A DNA stretch of 64,000 nucleotides from positions 608,001 to 672,000 of the forward strand of contig OY759974.1 of assembly GCA_963662945.1 (NCBI GenBank), in the 5' to 3' direction. The notes below the pieces were generated by a model. It ran no database searches, was not told the DNA's origin, and saw only the letters and a list, made by a program, of their open reading frames with translations. Within the stretch, counting starts at the first letter, position 1, and the number at the start of each line of letters is the position of its first letter. The stretch is from Arcobacteraceae bacterium (GTDB lineage Bacteria > Campylobacterota > Campylobacteria > Campylobacterales > Arcobacteraceae). Of this stretch, positions 1 through 10,668 are shown piece after piece. Both the position numbers and the translations under genes were made by a program.

Positions 1-720
1 TACGTTATCTGCAGCTCCAATAATATCACTAAAAACAATACCAATCTCACCTTGTCCTTGTGCAACTTCATGGTGTCCAAGAACAACTTCTAAACCAACC
101 TCTTCAAGAACTTGCATCATCTCTGCTCTTAAATCTACCATAGAATCTGTTGGTTGTACTGGGAAGTATCCACCTTTTGTTCTTGGTCTATGTCCCATAT
201 TTCCCATTTCATAATCTACATTATCAGCCCATTCACCCTCTGTAGAATCAATTCTATATCCTGATTCATTGATAGAATCTTTAAACTGAACACTGTCAAA
301 AATAAAGAATTCATTTTCTGGACCAAAATATGCTGCATCAGCTATACCTAAATCTTCTGCATGTTTTAATGCTTTTTTAGCAATACTTCTTGGACATTTT
401 GCGTATAATTCATTTTTATAAATATCATATACATCACAAATTACTATAATTGTTGCATCAGCCGTAAAAGGATCTAAAAATGCTGTTGGAACATCTGGTT
501 TTAATAACATATCTGATTTATTAATTGGCTGCCATGCATCAATACTAGAACCATCAAATGGTAGTCCATTTTCAAGTTGACTTGCACTTACTGCACTCAT
601 TCTATATGAAATATGATGCCAAGCACCTTTAATATCTGTAAATCTAAAATCAACGAATTCTACTTCATTCTCTTCACAATATTTAAAAAATTCTTCTGTG
701 TTATTCACAAATTTACCCAT
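1..720 (-). CDS. glnA: Glutamine synthetase type I, 5' part (runs off the window; absent from ORF track)
   Basis: Manual translation [36 protein letters not shown]...PFDGSSI...[11 protein letters not shown]...[20 protein letters not shown] upstream. Confidence 0.97.
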   Translation of the reverse strand, partial: MGKFVNNTEEFFKYCEENEVEFVDFRFTDIKGAWHHISYRMSAVSASQLENGLPFDGSSIDAWQPINKSDMLLKPDVPTAFLDPFTADATIIVICDVYDIYKNELYAKCPRSIAKKALKHAEDLGIADAAYFGPENEFFIFDSVQFKDSINESGYRIDSTEGEWADNVDYEMGNMGHRPRTKGGYFPVQPTDSMVDLRAEMMQVLEEVGLEVVLGHHEVAQGQGEIGIVFSDIIGAADNV

Positions 721-875
721 ATACTTAACTCCTGTATTATTTTTATACCATTTTAGCTGATTATATCAAAAAGTTACGTTAATTTTTGTACATAAAACAT
801 ACAAAATACTATTTTTACATTAAAATTGTATAATACCAAAAACAATCTAATAATTTTTAAGATAGAAGGAGTTTT

Positions 876-1547
876 ATGACACAAAATCAAGCAGTAAAAA
901 ACTTAGATGACATAATAACGAAAATAGAATTTTCGAGACTTCAAGTAAGTGATCATCATATTGTACAACTTGTTGCAATTAGTAAATATTCAACAGCCCA
1001 AGATATACAAACCCTTTATGAAGCAGGTCAGCGAGCTTTTGGAGAAAACAAAGTACAAGATTTAAAAGAGAAGCAAGAGATATTAAAAGACTTACCAATT
1101 GCATGGCATTTCGTGGGAAGTTTACAAAAAAATAAAATCAATAATCTTATAGATTGTAATCCAACTTTAATGCACTCTCTTGATAGTCTAGATTTGGCAC
1201 AAGAATTAGACAAAAAATTAAAAGCAAAAAATAAAACAATGAGATGTTTACTTCAAATAAACTCTGCTTACGAAGATACAAAATCAGGAGTTGATCCAAA
1301 AGAAGCAATTGCTATTTATAATGAAATTCAAGAAAAATACACAAATATAAAACTTGTTGGGGTTATGAGTATTGGTGCTCATAGTGAAAAGAAAGAAGAG
1401 ATATTAAAAAGCTTTCAAACTACAAAAAATATCTTTGATCAATGCCCTGATGCAACAATATGTTCAATGGGTATGAGTGGAGATTTTGAACTTGCTATTG
1501 CAAATGGAAGCAATATGATACGAGTCGGAAGTGCTTTATTTAAATAA
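876..1547 (+). CDS. yggS: YggS/PROSC family PLP homeostasis protein
   Basis: LVAISKY, FGENKVQD, WHFVGSLQKNK, SMGMSGDFELAI and IRVGSALF motifs. Confidence 0.95.
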   Translation: MTQNQAVKNLDDIITKIEFSRLQVSDHHIVQLVAISKYSTAQDIQTLYEAGQRAFGENKVQDLKEKQEILKDLPIAWHFVGSLQKNKINNLIDCNPTLMHSLDSLDLAQELDKKLKAKNKTMRCLLQINSAYEDTKSGVDPKEAIAIYNEIQEKYTNIKLVGVMSIGAHSEKKEEILKSFQTTKNIFDQCPDATICSMGMSGDFELAIANGSNMIRVGSALFK

Positions 1548-1553
1548 CACTTC

Positions 1554-1967
1554 TTATTCTTTCACTGTTTCTAAACCTTTGTCAATCCAACCGTAATTAA
1601 TTCCACCATCTAATTCTTGCACGTATTTATATCCAAGTTGTAATCCTAATAATTCACCTACCGCTTTCGTTCTATTTGCATGGGCACACACAAGGATAAA
1701 AGGTTGTTCTTTTGAAGTCACTATTTTAGTAAACTTATCCATCCACACATTAATATCATATCTACCTTGTCCATCAAAAAAAGTAAGTTTATGACTACCT
1801 TTTATTATACCAAATCGTTCCCACTCATCTGGTCGTCTTATATCTATCACCACAATACCATTTTTTATGGCTTCTTGTACTTGCGTTGTTTTTAATGTTG
1901 TAAAACCAGCCATTAATGTTTCTGCCATCAATAACACTCCTAATATAATTATTTTTAATCTACTCAT
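1554..1967 (-). CDS. Rhodanese-like domain protein, probably exported
   Basis: VIDIRRPDEW...GIIKGS, LVCAHANRT and LDGGINYGW motifs; signal-like N-terminus; start moved to ATG at 1967 (MSRLK). Confidence 0.8.
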   Translation of the reverse strand: MSRLKIIILGVLLMAETLMAGFTTLKTTQVQEAIKNGIVVIDIRRPDEWERFGIIKGSHKLTFFDGQGRYDINVWMDKFTKIVTSKEQPFILVCAHANRTKAVGELLGLQLGYKYVQELDGGINYGWIDKGLETVKE

Positions 1968-3168
1968 TTCGTAATACATCCAATACGTCTATTTGTGTTG
2001 CTTTTTTTGATGGATAATAAGATGATAAAAACACTATTATCATACTTCCAACAACTATAGAAATAAAGTCTACAATATCTAATACTAAAGGTAATTTTGT
2101 TGTTCCATACACATCAGCAGGAAGGGAAATAATATCAAAATTTTCAAGTAAATATATTCCACTAAAACCTAACATAATTCCAAGTATAATACCAGTATAT
2201 CCAATAATTACACCCAGTCGTAAAAAAATATGTTTTACCTCTTTTTCACTTGCACCCAGTGATAAAAGTAAAGCTATCTCTTTTCGTCTACTCATAACAG
2301 TCATTAAAAGAGAACTAATAATATTTAATGATGCGATTAAAATAATCAGCATTAAAACAACAAAAAGAGCTTTTTTTTCCATTTCCATTGCTGCAAAAAA
2401 ATTCCCATTTTGTTGCCACCAACCAATTACACCCACTCCAAAACTAGGTAACTCTTTTTTAATAAGTTCTATGTCTTTAAATGGATTATCACTATAAATA
2501 TGTATTCCATCATAGTATGTATCACTTTTTTTCAATAAAGTTCTCAAAGCATCAATAGAAGTATACATATAAGCTTTATCATAAGCTGTTAGCCCAGATT
2601 TGAACTCACCACTATAAACAAATCTTTTCATTTTTGGCATCATTGAAAAGCCACTTGGATTAATAGTAGTAAAATATAAAGTAACCTTTTGTTCATCATA
2701 AAGATACAAACTATCTTTGATCCCTTGCCCAACAATAAGATGATATTTCCCTAAATTAGTTAATTTATCTGCTGTTTGTTTATAAATTTTATTTATTGAT
2801 GATTCTTTATCTTTATCAACACCAAAAATAACACCACCACCCATAGATTCATCACTTTGTACCATAACCTGAGAAGTAAGATATGGTGAAAATTTTAAAT
2901 TTGGGAATTTTTTTTCTAATTGTTGCAGTAGTTCTTCATTTACAGTACCTTCGATTTGAGGATAAATACTTAACGGATAATTCATCGTAAAAAGTTTATC
3001 TTTAAACTCTTTTGCTGTTCCATTCATAATAGCCATTGCAACTATAAGTACCATTACTCCAACACTTACACCAACAAATGCCAAAATGGCACTTATAGAG
3101 ATAAATGGATTTTTTTTATCAAATTTAAGATACTTTCTTATTATAAAATTAATTAATTTTGTATTCAA
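1960..3168 (-). CDS. lolC: Lipoprotein-releasing ABC transporter permease LolC/E (LolF-type)
   Basis: FtsX/LolE-type TM pattern; NIISSLLMTVMSRRKEIALLLSLGAS; SYYPSKKA; lies downstream of secA. Confidence 0.9.
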   Translation of the reverse strand: MNTKLINFIIRKYLKFDKKNPFISISAILAFVGVSVGVMVLIVAMAIMNGTAKEFKDKLFTMNYPLSIYPQIEGTVNEELLQQLEKKFPNLKFSPYLTSQVMVQSDESMGGGVIFGVDKDKESSINKIYKQTADKLTNLGKYHLIVGQGIKDSLYLYDEQKVTLYFTTINPSGFSMMPKMKRFVYSGEFKSGLTAYDKAYMYTSIDALRTLLKKSDTYYDGIHIYSDNPFKDIELIKKELPSFGVGVIGWWQQNGNFFAAMEMEKKALFVVLMLIILIASLNIISSLLMTVMSRRKEIALLLSLGASEKEVKHIFLRLGVIIGYTGIILGIMLGFSGIYLLENFDIISLPADVYGTTKLPLVLDIVDFISIVVGSMIIVFLSSYYPSKKATQIDVLDVLRNE

Positions 3169-3177
3169 GTATTTTAC

Positions 3178-5796
3178 CTAATTTCTTGCCAAAAGTCCTT
3201 TTTTAGGACCACTTTGTCCACAACATTGTTTATATTTTTTTCCACTTCCACAAGGACAAGGAGAATTTCTAGGAATTTTCTTTTCTGTCGTTGTTTGTTG
3301 TTCTTCATTATTTAAAGAGATATCGTCAATTGTATGTTCCATCTCTTCTCTTAATTTTTCAATAGCTTCTCTTTCTCTTTCCATCTCTGCTTCATCTCTT
3401 AATTGAACAGAAAATAGTATTCGAATAATTTCAAATTTAATAGAACTGATTAATTCTAAGAACATATTATATGATTCTTTTTTATACTCAACAAGTGGAT
3501 CTTTTTGGTTATAACCTCTAAGCCCAATACCTGTTTTTAATGTATCCATTGAGTATAAGTGTTCTCTATATGCTTTATCTAAAACTTGAAGATAAAGTAT
3601 TCTTTCAATCTCACTTCTTTGTTCTGGTGCAGGTGCAGACATTTTTTGTTCATAAATATCTTTTAATATTTTCACTAATTTTTCATACATTTCATCAAAA
3701 TCATTTGATTCGATATCTGCTTTTGTAATGTCAACATTTAAATCTTCTTTGATTTTAAGGACAACATTTTCATAGTTAAAATCTTCAATCATAACACTAT
3801 GACTTACATCTTTCGCATTTTCAATAGTAACAGCTACAAATTCACCAATATTTTCATCTATTTTACTTGCAATATCATAATCTTCATTTAAAAGATTATT
3901 TCTAAAACTATAGATAACTTTTCTTTGTTCATTTGCTACATCATCATATTCAAGTAGATGTTTTCTTGATTCAAAGTGCATTGACTCAACTTTTTTCTGT
4001 GCGTTTTCAACTGCTCTTGTAACCATACCAGACTCAATATGTTCACCCTCTTCAAGTCCAAGTCTACTCATAACTCCAGCAATTTTGTCACTTCCAAAAA
4101 TTCGTAAAAGATTATCTTCTAAACTTAAATAAAATTGTGACTCACCAACATCCCCTTGTCTTCCAGCACGACCTCGAAGCTGATTATCAATTCTTCTACT
4201 TTCATGTCTCTCTGTTCCAATGATAACTAATCCACCAAGTTCTAAACACTCTTGTGGCAATTTAATATCAACTCCACGTCCAGCCATATTTGTTGCAATA
4301 GTTACAGCACCTTTTAGTCCTGCATCCTCAACAATTTTTCCCTCTTTTTCATGTTGTTTTGCATTTAAAACTGTATGTGGGATTTTCTCTTTTTTCAACA
4401 ACTCATGAAGTTTTTCTGATTTTTCAATACTTGCCGTTCCAACTAAAATCGGTTGGCCTGTTTTATGAATCTCTTTTATTCTATTACAAACAGCAATAAA
4501 CTTTTCTCTTTCTGTTTTATAAATAAGGTCATTTTTATCGATTCTTTTAATAGGAACATTTGTAGGAATTGACACAACATCTAAATTATAAATCTCAGCA
4601 AACTCTGTCGCTTCTGTTTGTGCAGTTCCTGTCATACCAGCTAACTTATCATACATTCTAAAATAGTTTTGGAAAGTAATATCCGCTAAGGTTTGAGATT
4701 CTTCTTTAATTTCAACACCCTCTTTTGCTTCCAATGCTTGATGTAATCCATCGCTAAATCTTCTACCTTCACTTAAACGTCCAGTAAACTCATCAACAAT
4801 TACTACTTCACCATTTTGAACTACATAATCAACATCTTTTTCAAATAAATTATTTGCTTTTAAAGCTTGGTCAAGATTGTGAGAAAGTGAAGCATGTTCT
4901 AGTGAGTAAAGATTATCAACCCCAAATAACTCTTGTGCTTTTTCAATACCAGCTTCAGTTAAAAGTACCACTTTATTTTTTTCATCTACTGTATAATCTC
5001 CAGTAACTTCATCTGACTCACTTGGATTTTTAGCCTCTTTTCTTTCACCTTTTTCTAGTTTTAAAGCTATTTGATGTGATCTTACATAATCAGAATTTTT
5101 ATGACTTGTAGGACCTGAAATAATTAAAGGTGTTCTTGCTTCATCAATTAAAATTGAATCCACCTCATCCACTATAACAAAATTATATTCTCTTTGTACT
5201 TGCTCTTCAAGTGAGTAGTGCATATTATCTCGTAAAAAATCAAATCCAAATTCATTATTTGTACCATAAGTGATATCTGCATTATATTGTTCTTTTCGCT
5301 CACCATCACTCCCAATAGCTGCAGTTAACGCACCAACACTAAATCCTAAAAAATTATATAAAGGCTCTAATTCTTTTGCATCTCTACTAGCTAAATAATC
5401 ATTTACAGTTACAACATGTACACCTTTTCCACTTAAAGCATTTAATGCAACTGCAAGTGTACCAACAAGAGTTTTTCCCTCTCCAGTTTTCATTTCTGCA
5501 ATTCTTCCATCATGTAAAACCATACCACCGATAAGTTGTACATCATAATGTCTCATACCTAAAACTCTTTTACTTGCTTCTCTTGTGATTGCAAAACTAT
5601 CTACTAGTACTTCATTTAAAGTTTTTGTATTATTTTGAACTTCTGTTTTTAGTTCGTTAAATCTTTGTTGTAATTCTTCATTTGAAAGTGCAGAGTAAGA
5701 CTCTTCTAAAGCATTAATAAGCTCTACTCTTTTTCTATACTTTTTAACCTCTTTATCATTTCGTGTACCAAATATTTTTGAAAAGATATTTAACAT
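3178..5796 (-). CDS. secA: Preprotein translocase ATPase SecA
   Basis: [39 protein letters not shown] and C-terminal [13 protein letters not shown]. Confidence 0.99.
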   Translation of the reverse strand: MLNIFSKIFGTRNDKEVKKYRKRVELINALEESYSALSNEELQQRFNELKTEVQNNTKTLNEVLVDSFAITREASKRVLGMRHYDVQLIGGMVLHDGRIAEMKTGEGKTLVGTLAVALNALSGKGVHVVTVNDYLASRDAKELEPLYNFLGFSVGALTAAIGSDGERKEQYNADITYGTNNEFGFDFLRDNMHYSLEEQVQREYNFVIVDEVDSILIDEARTPLIISGPTSHKNSDYVRSHQIALKLEKGERKEAKNPSESDEVTGDYTVDEKNKVVLLTEAGIEKAQELFGVDNLYSLEHASLSHNLDQALKANNLFEKDVDYVVQNGEVVIVDEFTGRLSEGRRFSDGLHQALEAKEGVEIKEESQTLADITFQNYFRMYDKLAGMTGTAQTEATEFAEIYNLDVVSIPTNVPIKRIDKNDLIYKTEREKFIAVCNRIKEIHKTGQPILVGTASIEKSEKLHELLKKEKIPHTVLNAKQHEKEGKIVEDAGLKGAVTIATNMAGRGVDIKLPQECLELGGLVIIGTERHESRRIDNQLRGRAGRQGDVGESQFYLSLEDNLLRIFGSDKIAGVMSRLGLEEGEHIESGMVTRAVENAQKKVESMHFESRKHLLEYDDVANEQRKVIYSFRNNLLNEDYDIASKIDENIGEFVAVTIENAKDVSHSVMIEDFNYENVVLKIKEDLNVDITKADIESNDFDEMYEKLVKILKDIYEQKMSAPAPEQRSEIERILYLQVLDKAYREHLYSMDTLKTGIGLRGYNQKDPLVEYKKESYNMFLELISSIKFEIIRILFSVQLRDEAEMEREREAIEKLREEMEHTIDDISLNNEEQQTTTEKKIPRNSPCPCGSGKKYKQCCGQSGPKKGLLARN

Positions 5797-6210
5797 CTAT
5801 AGTGTTCCTTGTTGTATTTTTGTAAGTAAAATCGCTTAAGACGATATATGCTATGATTTGAAGCCCTTATTTTATCTAAAGGTTTGTTATGAAGTTATTA
5901 AGCCAGTGAAGTTTCACATGACATAATAATTTCTAAATATGCAGCATTTTATGGTTTACACACTTTTGCTACTTAAACTATATTGACAAATATTTAAATT
6001 GTAAAGACATTACATCGTACAAAACTAGTACAATTGAGTTTTATTCTCTATTCGCAAAAGATGCTAAAAATAAAACTATAATATTTTGAGATTTTCTGAA
6101 TATAGCGGTGGTCGAGGAGATGTTTGAACTCTTTTCTAAAATCAACAAACCCCTTAACTAAAGGGAATAAAATTAAAAAAATTCGCTCATAACTAACTGA
6201 AAACTATAAA

Positions 6211-6230
6211 TGTAGAACAATTGTTCTACA
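6211..6230. repeat. Perfect 20-bp palindrome TGTAGAACAATTGTTCTACA
   Basis: Read directly from the sequence; function unknown. Confidence 0.9.
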
Positions 6231-6354
6231 ATTTATCTCCATCTATAAGTCAATAAGACACTACTTATATGTCTACGTTCTCAAAAAGTTTGATAATTCA
6301 TCATTATTTCCTTATAATATCATATCGTAATAATTCTATATATAAATTATTATG

Positions 6355-6396
6355 TTGACTTACATCAAACTAAAAATATTAATTATAAGATAGGAT
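6355..6396 (+). promoter_or_regulatory. Crp/Fnr (Nss-type) box TTGACTTACATCAA plus -10 TAGGAT; probable autoregulation of the crp/fnr gene
   Basis: Box 6355-6368, 22-nt spacer, TAGGAT 6391-6396. Confidence 0.75.
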
Positions 6397-6402
6397 ATTA
6401 TT

Positions 6403-7065
6403 ATGACAAATATGACAGAAACTATTAAAAAAATTAACCTTTTTGCACATTTAGATGATGAGTCTTTAGAGAAATTAGCTTCGATATCTTACTTGTCAAA
6501 ATTTGATAAAGATGCTATTTTATACTATGAATCAGATTCAATAGATAAAATACTTTTTTTAATCACTGGACTTATAAAAGTGTATAAAATAGACAAATAT
6601 GATAATGAGATATTTTTATATTATATCTACCCAAACAGTATGATATCAGAGTTATCAAATCTCAATCATAATAAAATTAGGTGCTTCTCAAATACGGAAT
6701 TTGTAGAGGACAGTTTAATGCTTTCAATAGATTATAAAAAGTTTAAAGAGTTTTTTTTACTAGATAATGAACTTGCGTTAAAATTTATAGAAGAGATTAT
6801 ATACAAAAACCAACAATTACAATGTATTGTCAACCGCGAATTAGTATTTGATGCTACTTCAAAAGTTGCCTTTATGTTAGTCAATGACTTGGATATGTTT
6901 AATCAACTTAAACGAAATCAAGTAGCTTTAATGTTACATATTCAACCAGAAACCCTCTCCCGAGTTTTAAACAGACTTATGAGAAATAAAACAATAAATA
7001 TAGATAAAGGAAATGTAATCATCGAAAATATCGAAGAGTTACAAAGTATCTATTTAGGAGTATAA
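6403..7065 (+). CDS. Crp/Fnr family transcriptional regulator (Nss/Dnr-like, no Fnr-type Cys cluster)
   Basis: cNMP-like N-terminal domain (LFAHLDDESL...GLIKVYK) and HTH QVALMLHIQPETLSRVL. Confidence 0.92.
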   Translation: MTNMTETIKKINLFAHLDDESLEKLASISYLSKFDKDAILYYESDSIDKILFLITGLIKVYKIDKYDNEIFLYYIYPNSMISELSNLNHNKIRCFSNTEFVEDSLMLSIDYKKFKEFFLLDNELALKFIEEIIYKNQQLQCIVNRELVFDATSKVAFMLVNDLDMFNQLKRNQVALMLHIQPETLSRVLNRLMRNKTINIDKGNVIIENIEELQSIYLGV

Positions 7066-7067
7066 AC

Positions 7068-8057
7068 GTGAAAAATATTAGTGTAAGTCAAAAAATAAAA
7101 GTATTAGCATCTCTTTTAATAATAACTGTTTTTTCAGTTATTAGTATAACCATATATTTAAATCAAAAAAATGTAAAAGATGCCACTATTGTCAACCTTG
7201 CTGGTAAACAAAGAATGCTAACTCAAAAAATCACAAAAAATATTTTTTATCTTCATCAATATAAGACAAATAATTTTTCAGAACTTGACAATGCAATTTC
7301 AGAGTTTAACCATGGACTCAGAACATTAAAAGATGGAAATAAACTTTTGGGTATAGCACCTGCCCCAACGCAGGATATTAGTAACCAAATAGCAAAAGTG
7401 ATCATTTTGTGGGATAGTTTCGAAAAAAATACCAACAATTTTAAAGTAGCTTTAATGAACAATGATATTAATCAGCTAAATGCAATTTTAAAATATATTA
7501 ATTCATCAAATAATAAATTACTTGAAGAGGTAGACACTATTGTAACTCTCTATACAAAACATATTGAACAAAAAACAGATTTTATTAAAAATTTTCAATA
7601 TCTTTCATTTTCTTTTTTATTTGTTTTTACACTTTATGCACTTATTCAACTAAGACAAATAGAAGCACATGCAAGAGAATTTATAGAAAAATCTAAAAAA
7701 ATAAGTTCTAATGATTTAGAAAATATTGAACTTTTAGATATGAATGGAGAGAGTGAATTTGTTGAGATGGCAGATAGTTTCAACTGCTTTATCAATAAAG
7801 TCTCAAGTGCTATGGACTCTTCACAAATTGCACTAGAACAATCAAAACTAGCTTCTGCTAAGCTTGAAAGTCTTACTAATGAATTTAGTGATATTATTAA
7901 AGAACTTGAAAATAGACCAGAGATATCAAGACAGCTGGACAAAAGTGAAGATATTGTTATAGAGTCAACAGAAGATTTAATGAAGTCTACAAAAAAACTA
8001 CAAAATTTAAAAGATGAACTAGATAAGTTACTTACAAACTGCAAGTCCAATATATAG
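7068..8057 (+). CDS. Membrane protein with NarX/PilJ-type periplasmic sensor, HAMP-like segment and short coiled coil; no recognisable output domain
   Basis: TM1, P-box-like VNLAGKQRMLTQKI, TM2 (FSFLFVFTLYALI), ESEFVEMADSFN; GTG start. Confidence 0.75.
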   Translation: MKNISVSQKIKVLASLLIITVFSVISITIYLNQKNVKDATIVNLAGKQRMLTQKITKNIFYLHQYKTNNFSELDNAISEFNHGLRTLKDGNKLLGIAPAPTQDISNQIAKVIILWDSFEKNTNNFKVALMNNDINQLNAILKYINSSNNKLLEEVDTIVTLYTKHIEQKTDFIKNFQYLSFSFLFVFTLYALIQLRQIEAHAREFIEKSKKISSNDLENIELLDMNGESEFVEMADSFNCFINKVSSAMDSSQIALEQSKLASAKLESLTNEFSDIIKELENRPEISRQLDKSEDIVIESTEDLMKSTKKLQNLKDELDKLLTNCKSNI

Positions 8058-8062
8058 CTAAA

Positions 8063-8506
8063 TTAGCTATATATTACTCGTCGTATATTCTCTTTATCAA
8101 TATTTCTATAATTATCATAAAGTTTTTGAAATTTTAATTTATCCTCATATGAAATAGGCACCCGTATAGATTTGTATTCTACTAGTTTATCATCTTTATA
8201 CACACCGCTAATTGTGGCATGAACCCAATAGTATCCCGTGTCTTTTCGTAAGTTTTTTACTACACCTGTCCATTGTTGTTGATTTTGAAGTTTATTCCAC
8301 ATCTCTTTATAAGCCCGTTTGGGCATATCTGGATGACGAACGATACTATGCGGCTGTCCAATGAGTTCCTCGACACTATATCCAGAAATTTGTGCAAAAG
8401 TTTCATTCGCATAAGTTATGACACCTTTTAAATCAGTTCTTGAAATGATAAGCTCATCTTTTGGAACTATAGTTTCTATCAAAAATTCACTTTGATTATA
8501 TTCCAT
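8063..8506 (-). CDS. Stand-alone Aer/CetB-like PAS domain protein
   Basis: IISRTDLKGVITYANETF...[13 protein letters not shown]...GVVKNLRKDTGYYWV. Confidence 0.88.
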   Translation of the reverse strand: MEYNQSEFLIETIVPKDELIISRTDLKGVITYANETFAQISGYSVEELIGQPHSIVRHPDMPKRAYKEMWNKLQNQQQWTGVVKNLRKDTGYYWVHATISGVYKDDKLVEYKSIRVPISYEDKLKFQKLYDNYRNIDKENIRRVIYS

Positions 8507-8533
8507 AATATTTTCCTTTGTACTTTTAGCTAC

Positions 8534-8917
8534 TTAATCTACTCTATCAAAATCAGCAGCAAATCCTTCTAAATCTTTTTTCTTCAAATCACCTCTATAG
8601 ATAACATTATCTAAATCTATAGTATCATCATTTAACATTTTTGGTACGGCATCTGCATTGTCTAATATTTCCATATGTTCATTTAGTTCATCTTCACTAT
8701 ATGCCATTTGCATATCTGCTGCTATTACATGAGGTATAGCTTCTATAACTCTTAGTTTCTCTAACTCCTCTTTTACACCATTTCCCTCAATAGTGATAAT
8801 AATTCGCCCCTTTTCATCATGCATATGATAATCACATACTTCACAACTTTTTAAACTTTCTACAACCTCATCTAAATACTTTGGTACCGTTTGTACTACT
8901 ATACTTGAAATATTCAT
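8534..8917 (-). CDS. napD: NapD chaperone
   Basis: MNISSIVVQT...KGRIIITIEG; position in nap operon. Confidence 0.9.
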   Translation of the reverse strand: MNISSIVVQTVPKYLDEVVESLKSCEVCDYHMHDEKGRIIITIEGNGVKEELEKLRVIEAIPHVIAADMQMAYSEDELNEHMEILDNADAVPKMLNDDTIDLDNVIYRGDLKKKDLEGFAADFDRVD

Positions 8918-8927
8918 TATTAACTCC

Positions 8928-9899
8928 TTAATTTAATATATAATAATTTATTGTTTGACTATCACTACTTACAAATAGCTCTTTATCATTTATAAATAGT
9001 ATTTGTGTAAGTGTCGCCTCTTGGGCACTTAAATTATATAAATACTTTTGTGTTTTTATATCAAATACTAAAACCTCATTTTGTTCATTATAAGCTATTG
9101 CACCTAAAGTTGCATTTGGACTTAAAGCACAGGCATACAATAAAAAACTAAAATCTAAACTATACACACTATTTTTTCCATATACTACTGCTTTTCTATC
9201 TTGTCCTGCTGTTAAAATCAACCCTTTTTTAAAATCCAGCTGATACACTCTATCAAGATTTAAAGCTTTTGGTGCATGTAATACTTGTCCGTTTTGAACA
9301 TTTAAAATTCTTACTATTCCACTTTCATCTGTATGAGAAAATTGTTTTTTGTCTTCACTTACCATAAAATGTGAAAATGAAGAAGGACTCACCTGAATAA
9401 GATAAATTTGTTTTTTATTTTTTATATCATAAAGCCCCACTTGATTACTTAGCAAACCAAATAAAACTAAATCAGGTGCAACAAAGGCGGCTTTTTGTAT
9501 AAACATTTTTTTATCTATACCAATCACTTTTTCTAGTTTTTCCTTTTCATATACAAAGATATTTCTATAGCCTTTCATACCTTGTGAAACTATTAATATT
9601 TTATTATCAATAAGATCAATAGAATATATTTTTGCAGCTATAGTATCTCCCATAAAATCTTTTATATCAGGTATCTTAATAGTTTTTATTTTTTCATTTG
9701 AAGTAATATCAAAAACCTCAACACTCCCATTGTCTGTTCCAGCATAAAGTTTTCCATCTTGAAAAACCATACTTTGTACAGTACCTGTTGCTTTAAATAC
9801 CTTTGCAGGAGATAGATTTTGTACTGCAAAAAGATTTAAGCTGAACAGTAAAAATATGAATAATAAGTTTTTAGCCATTTGGATTGAACCCACTTTCAT
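8928..9899 (-). CDS. napL: NapL WD40/beta-propeller periplasmic protein
   Basis: Signal peptide, beta-propeller-like repeats, position before napD as in Campylobacterota napAGHBFLD. Confidence 0.82.
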   Translation of the reverse strand: MKVGSIQMAKNLLFIFLLFSLNLFAVQNLSPAKVFKATGTVQSMVFQDGKLYAGTDNGSVEVFDITSNEKIKTIKIPDIKDFMGDTIAAKIYSIDLIDNKILIVSQGMKGYRNIFVYEKEKLEKVIGIDKKMFIQKAAFVAPDLVLFGLLSNQVGLYDIKNKKQIYLIQVSPSSFSHFMVSEDKKQFSHTDESGIVRILNVQNGQVLHAPKALNLDRVYQLDFKKGLILTAGQDRKAVVYGKNSVYSLDFSFLLYACALSPNATLGAIAYNEQNEVLVFDIKTQKYLYNLSAQEATLTQILFINDKELFVSSDSQTINYYILN

Positions 9900-10191
9900 C
9901 TTGATTTTGTTGACTGATTTGCTCTATCTCATTTTGATATTCTTTTTGCAGTTCTTCCATTTTATTACTTAAATCTTGATAGTTTTTTGGAGAAAGAGTT
10001 TTTGATTTAGTCCATATAACTTCTATGTCAGCTGCATATTTACTACCAAGTTCTTCAATATTTTTTTTGTATTGCTCTAAATCTTTACAGACTACTGTTG
10101 TTTCTTCTAAAGTATCAGTTAATTCAATAAACCAATTCCCAAAAACATCTTCATCCACATATGATATAAATTTAACTGCCATTTTTTTCAT
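9871..10191 (-). CDS. Hypothetical acidic protein between napF and napL
   Basis: Open frame overlapping both neighbours; no recognised motif. Confidence 0.65.
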   Translation of the reverse strand: MKKMAVKFISYVDEDVFGNWFIELTDTLEETTVVCKDLEQYKKNIEELGSKYAADIEVIWTKSKTLSPKNYQDLSNKMEELQKEYQNEIEQISQQNQDESGFNPNG

Positions 10192-10666
10192 CCTTTATTA
10201 GTATAGCGTCCGTTGGACATACATTAATACAAAAACCACAAGAGGTACATTTATCATTTAAGATACTTGGTTTGTATATACCTAAAAATTCTATTGCATC
10301 TTCCATACAAGGATCTTTACAACTAAAACACATTGTTCCATGCCAACTCATACATTTAAGTATATCTATTTCTACTGTTTGTTGAATATTTTTTTTATAT
10401 TCAATTTTTAAAACTTCATGTGGACATGCCACAGCACAAGCATCACAATAAGTACATCCACCAAGCTTAAAATCTAATTTTGGTGTTTTATCTTCTTGCA
10501 TTACTATAATTTTCTCTTCACAAAAAGTGCTACAAATACCATCGCATTCTACACACTCTTTAAGAAAGGAATCTTCTTCTTGAAAATATGGTGGCCTTAT
10601 AATTATCTCTTTTTTTTCTTTTGATTTAGAAGAAAAAAGAGAACCAAAAAGTTCTCTTCTATCCAA
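10172..10666 (-). CDS. napF: Ferredoxin-type protein NapF
   Basis: MDRRELF, IRPPY and multiple Cys-rich ferredoxin motifs. Confidence 0.9.
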   Translation of the reverse strand: MDRRELFGSLFSSKSKEKKEIIIRPPYFQEEDSFLKECVECDGICSTFCEEKIIVMQEDKTPKLDFKLGGCTYCDACAVACPHEVLKIEYKKNIQQTVEIDILKCMSWHGTMCFSCKDPCMEDAIEFLGIYKPSILNDKCTSCGFCINVCPTDAILIKDEKNGS

Positions 10667-10668
10667 GG

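Noticed and set aside
5831-5845. Small hairpin in the secA leader
   Set aside because: Only a 4-bp stem; not distinguishable from chance.
6290-6303. TTGATAATTCATCA as a second box before the regulator
   Set aside because: Wrong half-site spacing.
5797-6400. Integrase, IS or intact tRNA at the block boundary
   Set aside because: No ORF, no complete cloverleaf and no matching repeat near 50200-50360.
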